Shown here in pieces: positions 39,171 to 48,067 of a DNA stretch of 64,000 nucleotides. The position numbers and the translations under genes are program-made. Source of the stretch: Bacilli bacterium (lineage in GTDB: Bacteria; Bacillota_I; Bacilli_A; ML615J-28; CAG-698). A model generated the notes under the pieces. That model was not told where the DNA came from and did no database searches. It was given only the letters and a program-made list of their open reading frames with translations. The stretch covers positions 127,088 through 191,087 of the forward strand of contig JAGCUR010000018.1 of assembly GCA_017962745.1 (NCBI GenBank), given 5' to 3'. Each line of letters starts with the position of its first letter. Position 1 is the first letter of the stretch.

Positions 39171-39371
39171 CATTCTTAACTTGGCTTTGAATCAAACCTG
39201 TTTTTAAAAACTTTTGTTGTATAAAATATGCATATCATACCTAAGTGTCACGTTTGTCACGCCAGTCACGTGTAACATAGCGTATATATCTAGAAATATG
39301 GCTTTAAGGGTGCACCTTCATCTATAAAAGGTGCATTGTGTTAACAAAACTTATTTTTCACATAATTAATT

Positions 39372-39400
39372 GACATCCTAGATTTTAGGATGTCTTTTTT
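39372..39400 (+). terminator. Rho-independent terminator after the Fic gene region
   Basis: gacatcctag-attt-taggatgtc hairpin followed by T6. Confidence 0.6.
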
Positions 39401-39437
39401 CAATAAATTTTAATAAATAATTTTACTAAAACTCATT

Positions 39438-39534
39438 ATTGTTTGTTATTAGGGCTTTTTTGCTGTATCATTTAAGTATAAATACTAAAAAGGAGAAAAG
39501 AAATGTTTGATCGCCTAAAATTCGATAAGAAAAA
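39438..39534 (+). repeat. Direct repeat copy B (functional promoter/RBS/start of the decarboxylase gene)
   Basis: See copy A. This copy continues into a full-length ORF. Confidence 0.8.
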
Positions 39535-40957
39535 CGAAGAAGAACGTCAAAGACAACTTGAATCATTACAAAATCGTTTATATGATGCAATTGCTGCTCA
39601 TAGTAAAATTAGAGAAACACCAATCTTTACGCTTCCGAATGAAGAAGACATCATGGAAATTGAAAAAATACAAATACCTGAAGAAGGGCGTAATGCTATT
39701 GAGGTTGAAGAAGAATTAATGAAATATGTTTTTTCAAAACAAGCCCTTCTTCAACATCCTCGTTTCTTTTCTTTTGTATGTTCGGCTGTCTCACCTTACT
39801 CAATTGCGGGATCGATCTTAACTGACCTTTATAACCCTAATGCTGGTTCATATAGCTTATGTCCTGGTGCTGGAATAATAGAAGAAAAGTTATGCAAATG
39901 GATGGGATCATGTGCAGGATACCCAGAAGATACATGCTCTGGTATATTCTTATCCGGTGGATCCATTTCTACCATGTCAGCTATCATCACTGCTCGAACT
40001 AATAAGCTAGGCGAATACGATTATCCAAAAGCGATGGCCTACCTTTCTGATCAAGCCCATAGCTCGGTAAGAAAAGCTTTAAGAATGTTAGGCTTTAGAA
40101 CTGACCAAATCGCGATACTACCATCAGATAGTGAATTTAAGATGGATGTAGAGAAGTTAGAAGAAGCGATTTTTAAAGATAGGTGTGATGGTAAAATCCC
40201 ATTTTTAGTTGTAGGTACCCTTGGTACAACTAATACAGGTACTATAGATCCACTTTCTAAAATTGGTGATATTGCTAAAAAATACAATTTATGGTTCCAT
40301 GTAGATGGAGCATATGGAGCATCATCACTAATATCACCAATTTACAGAAATGTATCAGCTGGTATCGAAAAATCCGATTCACTTACTTGGGATACTCATA
40401 AATGGTTAATGCAAACATATTCTTGCTCAACTCTTTTAGTAAAAGATAAACAAACGTTAGTTGATGCGTTTGTAGAACACCCAGAGTATTTAGAAGATGT
40501 GTCATCTACGGATCATATTGATGGCTGGGATAAAGGCCCAGAGATGAGTAGACCGCACCGCGCAATAAAACTATGGTTTACAGTTCAAGCTACAGGTACT
40601 CACTTGCTTGAAGAAATGATTGAATATTCATTCTATAATGCGAAAATTGTCTTACACGAGTTAGAGAAAAGAGATAATTGGCAAATTATCTCTAAACCTA
40701 GTTGCGGAACGATTAACTTTAGATATGCTCCAAGTGGCTTGTCACTAGAACAGTTAAATGAACTTAATCTAAATATTACTAAAGAAATCAATAAGACTGG
40801 TTTTGCCTATATTGTAACTACGACTTTAAATGAAATGAAAACTATTAGAATGTGTATGATTAATGCTAACTCTACAACTGAAGATATAATTGAAACAGTA
40901 GAGTTACTAGATAAAATAGCTAAAGAGTTATATATAGAAGTATTAAATAATAAATAA
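39503..40957 (+). CDS. Group II pyridoxal-dependent amino-acid decarboxylase (aromatic-amino-acid/tyrosine/DABA decarboxylase family)
   Basis: 484 aa with PLP-lysine in S..WDTHKWL and the fold-type I decarboxylase motifs (HVDGAYG). Confidence 0.75.
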   Translation: MFDRLKFDKKNEEERQRQLESLQNRLYDAIAAHSKIRETPIFTLPNEEDIMEIEKIQIPEEGRNAIEVEEELMKYVFSKQALLQHPRFFSFVCSAVSPYSIAGSILTDLYNPNAGSYSLCPGAGIIEEKLCKWMGSCAGYPEDTCSGIFLSGGSISTMSAIITARTNKLGEYDYPKAMAYLSDQAHSSVRKALRMLGFRTDQIAILPSDSEFKMDVEKLEEAIFKDRCDGKIPFLVVGTLGTTNTGTIDPLSKIGDIAKKYNLWFHVDGAYGASSLISPIYRNVSAGIEKSDSLTWDTHKWLMQTYSCSTLLVKDKQTLVDAFVEHPEYLEDVSSTDHIDGWDKGPEMSRPHRAIKLWFTVQATGTHLLEEMIEYSFYNAKIVLHELEKRDNWQIISKPSCGTINFRYAPSGLSLEQLNELNLNITKEINKTGFAYIVTTTLNEMKTIRMCMINANSTTEDIIETVELLDKIAKELYIEVLNNK

Positions 40958-40968
40958 AGGAGAAAGAA

Positions 40969-41637
40969 ATGTTTAAATTTTGGGGAGATGGCTCTGATTT
41001 TTCAAAAGAGTTAATTAGAAACATTGTTGTTAGAAGTACAGAAAACTTTAATTGGACTTTTATTTTTATTCTTGCAGTTGTATTTTATGTATACTGGTCA
41101 GAAATTCATAAAAAGAGATATGAAGTAGTCTTTGCGGGACTAGCTTTATATGGCGTACACTGGTTATATGAAATAGCTAACGCTATTATTGCTAAGATTA
41201 CCGGTTACCCTTTATGGGCAGTATCAAATGAATCAACTACATTTATTTTATTAATTGGTGTATGTTGGGAATTATCAATGATGTTTTCACTTGCTGGTAT
41301 CATTTCATTTAAAATGTTACCAGAAGATAGAAACAAAAGATATTTTGCTAAGGGTAAATTCAAAGGAATTAGTTGTAAATTAGTTGGTGCTATTGAAATG
41401 GCCTTACTATTTGCTTTATTTGAATCATTTTTAGCGGGAACTTCAAATCATTCATTCATTTGGGTATATAAATGGTGGGGTGTAATTCCAGTATTCTTTA
41501 CAACTTATATACCATTCTTCTTAGCTAGTAACTATGTACCTGATATGGATCCAAAGAAGAGAAAAATCTTCTTGATTGTAGAATGGGGATTAGTAGCATT
41601 ATTACTCGCAATTCTAATTCCACTAGGTATAATTTAA
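40969..41637 (+). CDS. Hypothetical membrane protein
   Basis: 222 aa, about 6 TM helices, strong RBS, follows the decarboxylase by 11 bp. Confidence 0.45.
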   Translation: MFKFWGDGSDFSKELIRNIVVRSTENFNWTFIFILAVVFYVYWSEIHKKRYEVVFAGLALYGVHWLYEIANAIIAKITGYPLWAVSNESTTFILLIGVCWELSMMFSLAGIISFKMLPEDRNKRYFAKGKFKGISCKLVGAIEMALLFALFESFLAGTSNHSFIWVYKWWGVIPVFFTTYIPFFLASNYVPDMDPKKRKIFLIVEWGLVALLLAILIPLGII

Positions 41638-41640
41638 TTT

Positions 41641-42168
41641 ATGAAAGTATTTAGATTAGTAAAACTAGCAAGTTATGTGATATTTGCGATTCTCATCTTT
41701 ATTTTTCGAGAATTCTTTGTTACTAACTTGAGATATTTCATCGGTGGTTTAATGATCTTATATGGTTCTTTAGCAATTCTAGAAATTGCTTTAGAAAAGA
41801 TTAAACCAATATATGATGGTCACGGCTTCTTATTTAACTCAATTGAAATATTACTAGGTTTAGTTATTTTAATTCTAATCAAAGAATATGCTACCGTTTG
41901 TGTAATGTGGGCGGTATGGTCAATCTTTAGAGAATCAATTGAATTAAGAGAAATATTAGCCAAGAAGCTACATTCCGTATTAGCCTTAATAAGTTTTATA
42001 GAATCATTAGCAGTAATTGTTTTATCAATACTATTATTAATGGAACCAGGTGAACATCATGCTTTAATTCATACATATTTACTATGTATAGAATTAATAC
42101 TAACAGCATCCATTCCCGTTTGTAATGGTTATATATTTAAAGATGAAAAAGAAGCTTTGGAAGAATAA
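41641..42168 (+). CDS. Hypothetical membrane protein
   Basis: 175 aa, about 5 TM helices, 3 bp after the previous gene. Confidence 0.45.
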   Translation: MKVFRLVKLASYVIFAILIFIFREFFVTNLRYFIGGLMILYGSLAILEIALEKIKPIYDGHGFLFNSIEILLGLVILILIKEYATVCVMWAVWSIFRESIELREILAKKLHSVLALISFIESLAVIVLSILLLMEPGEHHALIHTYLLCIELILTASIPVCNGYIFKDEKEALEE

Positions 42169-42279
42169 TCCAAAGCTTTTAATTATAAATATTATTTATC
42201 AACCTAAAAATAAAAATAAGTTTAAATAATTTATAAAAAAAGGTATAATCTAAATAGATAGTATTATATAAGGGAAAGT

Positions 42280-43581
42280 ATGCAAACTGATAATAAAAAA
42301 TCGCTAAAGGAATATTTTCATAATTATTTTAAAACTAAAAAAGAAGAAATAAGAAATTATGGAAAAGCTAACTTGATTAAAAGACTAATTACGATTGGGG
42401 TTACATTAGTACTTGCCGTTCTATTCATTGTAATCTTTGGTAAAACTACCTATTATAAAAATGAATATACCATTATCATGAATGAAACATATGGTATTTA
42501 TGGTAAACTAATTAAAGCTAAAGTAACTTCAATTGATGATATTTATTACCCGAGTGAAGATGAAAGATTAGATTATACAATTAGAATTACCTTTACTGCG
42601 GAAATCTTAAAAGGTGATAAAAAAGGTCAGTCAGTAGAAGTAATGCAATATTTAAATGATTATACTAGTCATTTTTATAAACAAGTAAAAGATGGTAAAA
42701 GAATATATATCGTAGAAGAAAATACAGCCGAAAATGGGGAACCAACATATTACTTTGCGGGGGACTCATTAAGCTATAACCACTGGGGTGGTATTATCGC
42801 TTTAGTTTCGATATTAATAATTTTATTATTAATAATATCGAAGAGTAAAGGCTTGTTAACGATTATATCGTTAGCCTTAACGGCATTAGTAATTGTATTT
42901 GTATTACTGCCATCAATTATTAACGGTATTAATATTTATTTATTAGTATTAATCTGTGCTATTTATGTAATAGCGGTAACGTTTATATTAGTAGTTGGCA
43001 TAAACAAAAAATGTTTATGTGCAAGCCTTGGTTGTTTTAGTGGTTTACTTTTAAGCGGATTACTTGCCTTAATTACTTTAAGAATCATTAATGCAACTGG
43101 ATATTATTACCAAGAAGGCGTAGAAGATGTAGTAATGTTATTCCAAACATCATATAACGCCGATATTATCATTGATCTTAAGGGCTTAGTATTTGCTTCC
43201 ACTATCATCGGTGCCTTAGGCGCCGTAATGGATGTTAGCTTATCACTATCTAGTGCTTTAAAAGAAGTATATGATAATAGTAAAGAGACATCCTTAATCA
43301 ATACAATCAAAAGTGGTTTTACGATTGGTAAAGATATGATTGGTACGATGGTTAATACGCTAATACTTGCGTATGTGGCATCCGACTTAACGTTTATTTT
43401 ATGGATAATGGAACATAGAAGTAACGGCTTCATTTTCCAAAGTGAATATATCGCAGTTGCCATTGCCCAAGCGTTAGTTGGCGCTATTGCGATGGTACTT
43501 ACTATCCCACTAACATCAATCATTTGTGCATTTGTTTACAATAAAAAAAATAAAAATAAAGAATTATTGGAGGAGGAGTAA
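42280..43581 (+). CDS. YibE/F-like polytopic membrane protein
   Basis: N-terminal TM helix, about 110-aa extracytoplasmic domain, then about 7 TM helices. This architecture is typical of YibE/F, but the family call is tentative. Confidence 0.4.
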   Translation: MQTDNKKSLKEYFHNYFKTKKEEIRNYGKANLIKRLITIGVTLVLAVLFIVIFGKTTYYKNEYTIIMNETYGIYGKLIKAKVTSIDDIYYPSEDERLDYTIRITFTAEILKGDKKGQSVEVMQYLNDYTSHFYKQVKDGKRIYIVEENTAENGEPTYYFAGDSLSYNHWGGIIALVSILIILLLIISKSKGLLTIISLALTALVIVFVLLPSIINGINIYLLVLICAIYVIAVTFILVVGINKKCLCASLGCFSGLLLSGLLALITLRIINATGYYYQEGVEDVVMLFQTSYNADIIIDLKGLVFASTIIGALGAVMDVSLSLSSALKEVYDNSKETSLINTIKSGFTIGKDMIGTMVNTLILAYVASDLTFILWIMEHRSNGFIFQSEYIAVAIAQALVGAIAMVLTIPLTSIICAFVYNKKNKNKELLEEE

Positions 43582-45882
43582 ATGAAAAAATTTCCTAGAG
43601 TTATGAAGCGAATAATGATTTTCACTCTTTTCGCTACATTATTTGCTTCATTAGTTGTGTTTGGCTTTGGCGTCAAAGCTGCAAACATTGACATTAAAGG
43701 TGTTGACATTATTTATAGCAATCCTGGTGAGGACTGCTCAACACAAATTACTATTTCATGGCATGCAAAATCTAGGTATTCTACTTTAATTTATACATTA
43801 AAGAGCGACCCTACTTATGCCTTCGCTACTAGTATGCTAGTAACTGGTATTTATGATGAATCATCATTCTTCCACTATGATGTGGCAAAATTCTATAAAT
43901 GTACAGTTCCACTAAAGGATTTAGATCCTGATACTGAATACATTTATAAGATTAGATGTGATGACTATACATCTGAACAATACACATTTAGAACAGCTGG
44001 TGCATCAGAATTCACATTTGCTTACATGAGCGATATTCATGCAATTCCATATGATGACCTAGAACTAGGTATGACAGCTGTTAAGAAACTTAAAACTGTG
44101 CAAACATTATTAGAAAAAGCAGAAGATGTAAATGATACAAGACTTTCATTTATCATTACGACTGGGGACGAAACTTGGAGAGGTAGCCAATACTCTAACT
44201 GGCTAGAATGGAGTAAGACACAATTTACTTCTGCTCGTAAAGATTATTTATGGTTATCTTGCCCTGGTAACCACGAATACTATACGCAAACAACCAACTC
44301 AATTTGGAATTATTATCCAGATAAGTATTCATCTAACCCAAGTGCCATTTATGATGATCCAGAATATTTCTATAATACATATTTTAATTCGGTAAAAGCA
44401 GTACCAAAGAATGGTCCTGAAGGTATCCCATCAAGTTATTATACGCTTTATAATAATATTTTATTCATCTGTATCGATAGTATGCAAGTTGGTGACTACG
44501 GCAAACTTAACGAAACTCGTGCTTGGTTTGAAAGAGTAATGCAGAAGAACGAAGGTAAATACCAATACATTATCGTTTACCAACACTATCCATGGTATGA
44601 TTTCGTAACTGGCGAAGATAAATATGCTTATAGATGGCGTGATTTATTCGATAAATATGGTGTAGACTTAGCATTAAGTGGCCACATGCATGGCTATTTA
44701 AGAACTAAGACTTTATATGATGGTAAAGTTACAACTGAAGAAAAGAAAGGTACAGTTTATGTAGTATCACCTCAAATCGGTGATAGACCAAAAGTAACTT
44801 CAGGCGATCAAAACAAAAACTTAATCGCTTACCGTGAATCAACTAAAACTTGGACAGACTATTCTGCCATCTCTACAATCACAGTTACAAATGAAGGCCT
44901 AACTTATAAACTAATCGATGTAGATGGAAAAGTAAGAGATACATTTACAATTGAAGCAAGACGTGCATCAACTATTTCTGAAAGCCACAAAAATAGCATC
45001 ATTGATAGCCTGACTTTCTCTGGAACACCTGATTCAATCGTTTGTGATTTCAAGAGTTCTTATAGCTTATATGTAAAGAACATTAAAGTAGAAGCAGGTG
45101 GCAAGAGCGGCGAAGTTAACCCATCTGAACAAAAAACAGGCTACGTTGCTGCTAAAGGTTTAGCTAATAACACATTATATGATGCAAAAGTAACAATTAC
45201 ATTCATCGATGATTCTACATACACTACTTCAGCTAGCGTAGTAACTAGCGGTACATTTGGTTTAATCAATAACTTAAAAGCAAATGTAGTTAACGATAAG
45301 ATGAATATCAACTGGAATGTAAGCGATGCAAGCTTAGTAGATCAATATAAGATTTATATTAACGATGAGCTTGAAGGTACATCGACTACTAACTCTTATG
45401 AAATTGATAAGAGTAGAGTAGAATTTAGCACTAAATATACTCTAGAAGCTTACAAAGATAATAAGTTATTATTCCATAAAGATTTCTATTACGGCGTATA
45501 TGGTGATGTTAACCTAGATGGTAGCATTAACGATAACGACGTTAAGAAATTAATTGAATTAATCTTTGCGGGCTACGTTTTTAATAGCGGAGCTATTAAA
45601 TTACTAGATAACAATAACGATGGAATCGTTGATATCGGCGATGCATTTAAGATTTTAGCTTACCAAAATGAACGCGTTGAACATTTAGTTTATAACGAAT
45701 ATGAAGTTACATTTGTTGGCTACTCAGGTAATGCTTTAGCTAGAGTAAAAGTGCTAGAAGGTGAAGATGCGGTAGCCCCTGAAGCACCAACTATTACTGG
45801 TTATACATTTGTTGGCTGGAGCGTATCTTATACAAACGTAAATTCTAACTTAATCGTTAGAGCAATTTATGAGGCTAATTAG
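43582..45882 (+). CDS. Secreted purple-acid-phosphatase-like metallophosphoesterase with dockerin and Listeria-Bacteroides repeat domains
   Basis: Signal peptide, FN3-like N-domain and metallophosphatase motifs (GDETW, GNHEY, GHMHGY). A dockerin duplicated Ca-binding segment (DVNLDGSINDNDVKKL / LDNNNDGIVDIGDAFKIL) and a C-terminal flg_new repeat (YEVTFVGYSG...ITGYTFVGW) are also present. Confidence 0.7.
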   Translation: MKKFPRVMKRIMIFTLFATLFASLVVFGFGVKAANIDIKGVDIIYSNPGEDCSTQITISWHAKSRYSTLIYTLKSDPTYAFATSMLVTGIYDESSFFHYDVAKFYKCTVPLKDLDPDTEYIYKIRCDDYTSEQYTFRTAGASEFTFAYMSDIHAIPYDDLELGMTAVKKLKTVQTLLEKAEDVNDTRLSFIITTGDETWRGSQYSNWLEWSKTQFTSARKDYLWLSCPGNHEYYTQTTNSIWNYYPDKYSSNPSAIYDDPEYFYNTYFNSVKAVPKNGPEGIPSSYYTLYNNILFICIDSMQVGDYGKLNETRAWFERVMQKNEGKYQYIIVYQHYPWYDFVTGEDKYAYRWRDLFDKYGVDLALSGHMHGYLRTKTLYDGKVTTEEKKGTVYVVSPQIGDRPKVTSGDQNKNLIAYRESTKTWTDYSAISTITVTNEGLTYKLIDVDGKVRDTFTIEARRASTISESHKNSIIDSLTFSGTPDSIVCDFKSSYSLYVKNIKVEAGGKSGEVNPSEQKTGYVAAKGLANNTLYDAKVTITFIDDSTYTTSASVVTSGTFGLINNLKANVVNDKMNINWNVSDASLVDQYKIYINDELEGTSTTNSYEIDKSRVEFSTKYTLEAYKDNKLLFHKDFYYGVYGDVNLDGSINDNDVKKLIELIFAGYVFNSGAIKLLDNNNDGIVDIGDAFKILAYQNERVEHLVYNEYEVTFVGYSGNALARVKVLEGEDAVAPEAPTITGYTFVGWSVSYTNVNSNLIVRAIYEAN

Positions 45883-45891
45883 GAGGATAAC

Positions 45892-46668
45892 ATGAGAAAA
45901 ATTAAACTTGTTCTTGTTTTTATTCTAGCTATTTTTAGTCTTGGCTTAATTGCTTGTGGAGAAGGTGGAAATACTGAAATTGATTGGAGTAAAAAGACCG
46001 TAAGTGGTATTTCTCCAGTTAAAGAAACATTTTATGCTAAATACGAATATGATGAATTTGAACTATCAATGCTTAAGATTCATGTAGAATATACTGATGG
46101 AACTAGTAGAGATATACCAGTTACTGAAGAAATGCTAGATGAAAAAGATATTCGTAAACTTAAAACAGTTGGTAAACCACGTATTACAATTTATTATGAT
46201 GCATTTGATCTACAAATGTCAGTAAATATCATTGACTCAAGTAGACTTGATGAAAACTTAAACCCAGATGGTGAATATGCTTGTGTAATTAAAGCCATCC
46301 GTGATCAAGAAGCAGGTATCATCAACTTCATATTTGAAGGTAATGAAAACTATGATGTTTGTGCAATGAGCTTTGCATATAGCTATGATAATAGCTTAAT
46401 GCAACTTAGCAATGCTAAGATGAATGAAGCATTAACTGGTATTGGTGATGTGCAAGTAGTAGATGGTAAAGTAATGTTTGCTTACACTGAATCAGGGACT
46501 GCTTTAGAAGGCGAAATTATATTATTTACAGTTAACTATACTGGTGACTTCCGTAACAGTAAGTTAGGAGCAGCAGAAGACTTTAATAATGTAGTTTACC
46601 TTGCAAACTTCACTGATTTCTCTACTACCCTTGCTGATAATGTTTTATATCATGCATCAGTAAAATAA
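45892..46668 (+). CDS. Lipoprotein (possible cohesin-like partner of the upstream dockerin protein)
   Basis: Lipobox LGLIAC, 258 aa, beta-rich C-terminal 140 aa. Starts 9 bp after the dockerin protein with a strong RBS. Confidence 0.5.
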   Translation: MRKIKLVLVFILAIFSLGLIACGEGGNTEIDWSKKTVSGISPVKETFYAKYEYDEFELSMLKIHVEYTDGTSRDIPVTEEMLDEKDIRKLKTVGKPRITIYYDAFDLQMSVNIIDSSRLDENLNPDGEYACVIKAIRDQEAGIINFIFEGNENYDVCAMSFAYSYDNSLMQLSNAKMNEALTGIGDVQVVDGKVMFAYTESGTALEGEIILFTVNYTGDFRNSKLGAAEDFNNVVYLANFTDFSTTLADNVLYHASVK

Positions 46669-46685
46669 ATACTTATAAAAAAATA

Positions 46686-46730
46686 AAGTTCTAGATTATG
46701 AAAGTCTTTCATAATTTAGAACTTTTTTAT
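46686..46730 (+). terminator. Rho-independent terminator (20-bp stem)
   Basis: aaagttctagattatgaaag / ctttcataatttagaacttt near-perfect hairpin followed by T6. Confidence 0.7.
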
Positions 46731-46764
46731 ATAATGTATATAGTTAGTTTTAAATGGAGTATTT

Positions 46765-47631
46765 ATGGAAAAAGTATTGATCATTTATTTTAGTGGTATG
46801 GGTAATACTAAACTACTTGCTAATATGGCTAAGGATGAATTCCTCGCTAAAGGCTATGATACAAAAGTGGTAGATGTATGTAGCGATGAAGTGGTTGAAA
46901 TTAATGACTATAACTATCTAGTTGTAGCATACCCAATATATGCCTTTAATGCTCCAGGGCCTATTATTAGTTATATTAAGAAATTTAATAAAATTAATAA
47001 TGATCTTAAATGTTTAATTTTAAAAGATTCCGGTGAATACCTTTTCTGGAACAATGCTTCAAGTTTGCAACTTACTAGCATTTTAAAGAGAAAAGGAATA
47101 AAGATATTTAGTGAATATCATTATTTATTACCTTATTCATTTGTTTTTAGACATACAGACTATATGGCATATAAAATGCTATATACGCTTAAATATTTAC
47201 TGCCTTTAGATATTGATGATTTTCTAGGCGGTAAATATCATAAGCTTGATAGGTTTTTCTTAGATAGGCCCTTTAGTTTTGTTTTTAGAATCCAACGCTT
47301 TGGGGGTAGACTTAACGGTAGATTTTATAAAGTAGATCAAGAAAAGTGTATTAAGTGCAATAAATGCATTAATAACTGTCCAGCTAATAACATTAAAATC
47401 AAAGATGATAAATTTATTTTTGGTGGAAAATGCTTAATGTGTCAACGTTGCGTTGTAAACTGTCCGCATACTGCTATTAAAGCCGGCTTCTTTAAAAGGT
47501 GGATGGTTGGTGGCGCTTACTCGTTTAGAGAAACAACAGAGTTTGAAGTAGAAAAGAAACCAAAATACTGTGCAAAAAGTTATAAGAAATATTTTGAAGA
47601 AAGTGTAAAGCGAGGTAACAAAATTGTCTAA
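46765..47631 (+). CDS. Flavodoxin-like domain fused to a 2x[4Fe-4S] ferredoxin domain (EFR1-type)
   Basis: N-terminal flavodoxin fold (KVLIIYFSGMGNTK). C-terminal CIKCNKCINNCP and CLMCQRCVVNCP ferredoxin motifs. Confidence 0.65.
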   Translation: MEKVLIIYFSGMGNTKLLANMAKDEFLAKGYDTKVVDVCSDEVVEINDYNYLVVAYPIYAFNAPGPIISYIKKFNKINNDLKCLILKDSGEYLFWNNASSLQLTSILKRKGIKIFSEYHYLLPYSFVFRHTDYMAYKMLYTLKYLLPLDIDDFLGGKYHKLDRFFLDRPFSFVFRIQRFGGRLNGRFYKVDQEKCIKCNKCINNCPANNIKIKDDKFIFGGKCLMCQRCVVNCPHTAIKAGFFKRWMVGGAYSFRETTEFEVEKKPKYCAKSYKKYFEESVKRGNKIV

Positions 47632-48067
47632 ATTATTTATTTATTATTCAAATACTGGTAGTGGTGATGCAGTAGCAAGCAAATTAGCTACTTTAGGATA
47701 TGAAATAAGAAAAGTTACTCCTAAAAAAGATTTACCAAAAGCATTCTTTTTTAAAGTAATGAGCGGTGGCTTTTTAGCTAGTCTAAATGCTAAAGCTAAA
47801 CTTAACGAATTTGATGCAAATATTGAAGGTTACGAAGAAGTTGTAATTGGTTCCCCTATTTGGAATGGAAGACTTTCTACACCTATTAATACAGTATTAT
47901 CTCTTTTAGATTTAAATGGTAAAAATGTATCATTTATACTGTATGCAGGAAGTGGTGCTGCCAAGGCTGCACCAAAACAAATCAAAAAATTTGTAAGTGA
48001 AGCTAAGATTACTATCCTGAAAGAACCTAAGAAATATCCAGAAGAATTAGAAAAGATTGGTGAATAA
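47624..48067 (+). CDS. Short-chain flavodoxin-like protein (TTG start)
   Basis: 147 aa, flavodoxin-type N-terminus (KLFIYYSNTGSGDAVASKLA). TTG start with GAGGT RBS, overlapping the previous gene by 8 bp. Confidence 0.55.
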   Translation: MSKLFIYYSNTGSGDAVASKLATLGYEIRKVTPKKDLPKAFFFKVMSGGFLASLNAKAKLNEFDANIEGYEEVVIGSPIWNGRLSTPINTVLSLLDLNGKNVSFILYAGSGAAKAAPKQIKKFVSEAKITILKEPKKYPEELEKIGE

